Origin: Heteronotia binoei
Taxonomy: Eukaryota
Reading direction: 5' to 3'
DNA: 64,000 bases
Assembly (NCBI RefSeq): GCF_032191835.1
Contig: NC_083224.1
Span: forward strand, 185,876,001 to 185,940,000
The notes beneath the pieces are model-generated. The model saw only the letters and a program-made list of their open reading frames with translations, searched no databases and was not told the origin of the DNA. A program made the translations under genes and the position numbers. Below are positions 63,901-64,000 of the stretch, in pieces. The first letter of the stretch is position 1, and every line of letters starts with the position of its first letter.

Positions 63901-63930
63901 CAGGTGGACAGGCAATGAAAGAAACAAACC
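63648..63930 (-). pseudogene. Exon-like segment, copy 2, with in-frame TGA
   Basis: CAAG|GTGAGT donor at 63648/63647; reads GLFLSLPVHLDISNLISVIKIFGSNWRALQILILFGG...NSLHLCENPSYPDLDAFLKSGCRSEG*LQQ. TGA at 63658-63660 corresponds to TTA in copy 1. Confidence 0.4.
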
Positions 63931-64000
63931 CTGTGATTTTTAATAAAGCAATATTTAATAAAACCATTTAAAACCACTTAAAACCTTTGCAAATTATCCT

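Noticed and set aside
1-64000. CRISPR arrays, rRNA or prokaryotic operon structure
   Set aside because: Vertebrate intron-exon DNA; the regular repeats are minisatellites or transposon-internal repeats without unique spacers.

Overview
Eukaryotic genomic DNA from a squamate reptile, probably a gecko (inferred from Sauria SINEs plus abundant gecko-type SINEs/MITEs), with two N gaps. Splicing the exons by hand gives, left to right: the first coding exon of an SLC1A (EAAT5/SLC1A8-like) glutamate transporter on the minus strand; a complete 4-exon POLE4; a complete 7-exon Pinhead gene (317 aa, signal peptide, three cystine-knot-like repeats) whose first exon the ORF track misses; and, about 5.8 kb after the Pinhead stop and on the same strand, a complete 5-exon ADMP gene (387 aa). 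The Pinhead-ADMP tandem pair is the key system. It is a ligand plus antagonist/partner cassette with cis-coupled regulation described in Ciona, zebrafish and Xenopus, and here it is intact in an amniote. The pnhd-admp spacer holds a decayed duplicate of the last Pinhead exon. Beyond ADMP are a near-intact full-length L1 (1.85 kb inter-ORF spacer, 15-16 bp TSD), a fold-back inverted duplication, a tandem segmental duplication, and in-frame minus-strand exons of a gene I cannot identify. Other mobile DNA: a 4.4 kb hAT element nested in a SINE, a copia integrase relic, a solo LTR, CR1/L2 fragments and Penelope-type repeats with degenerate hammerhead cores. All exon boundaries and motif calls were read by eye; no searches were run.
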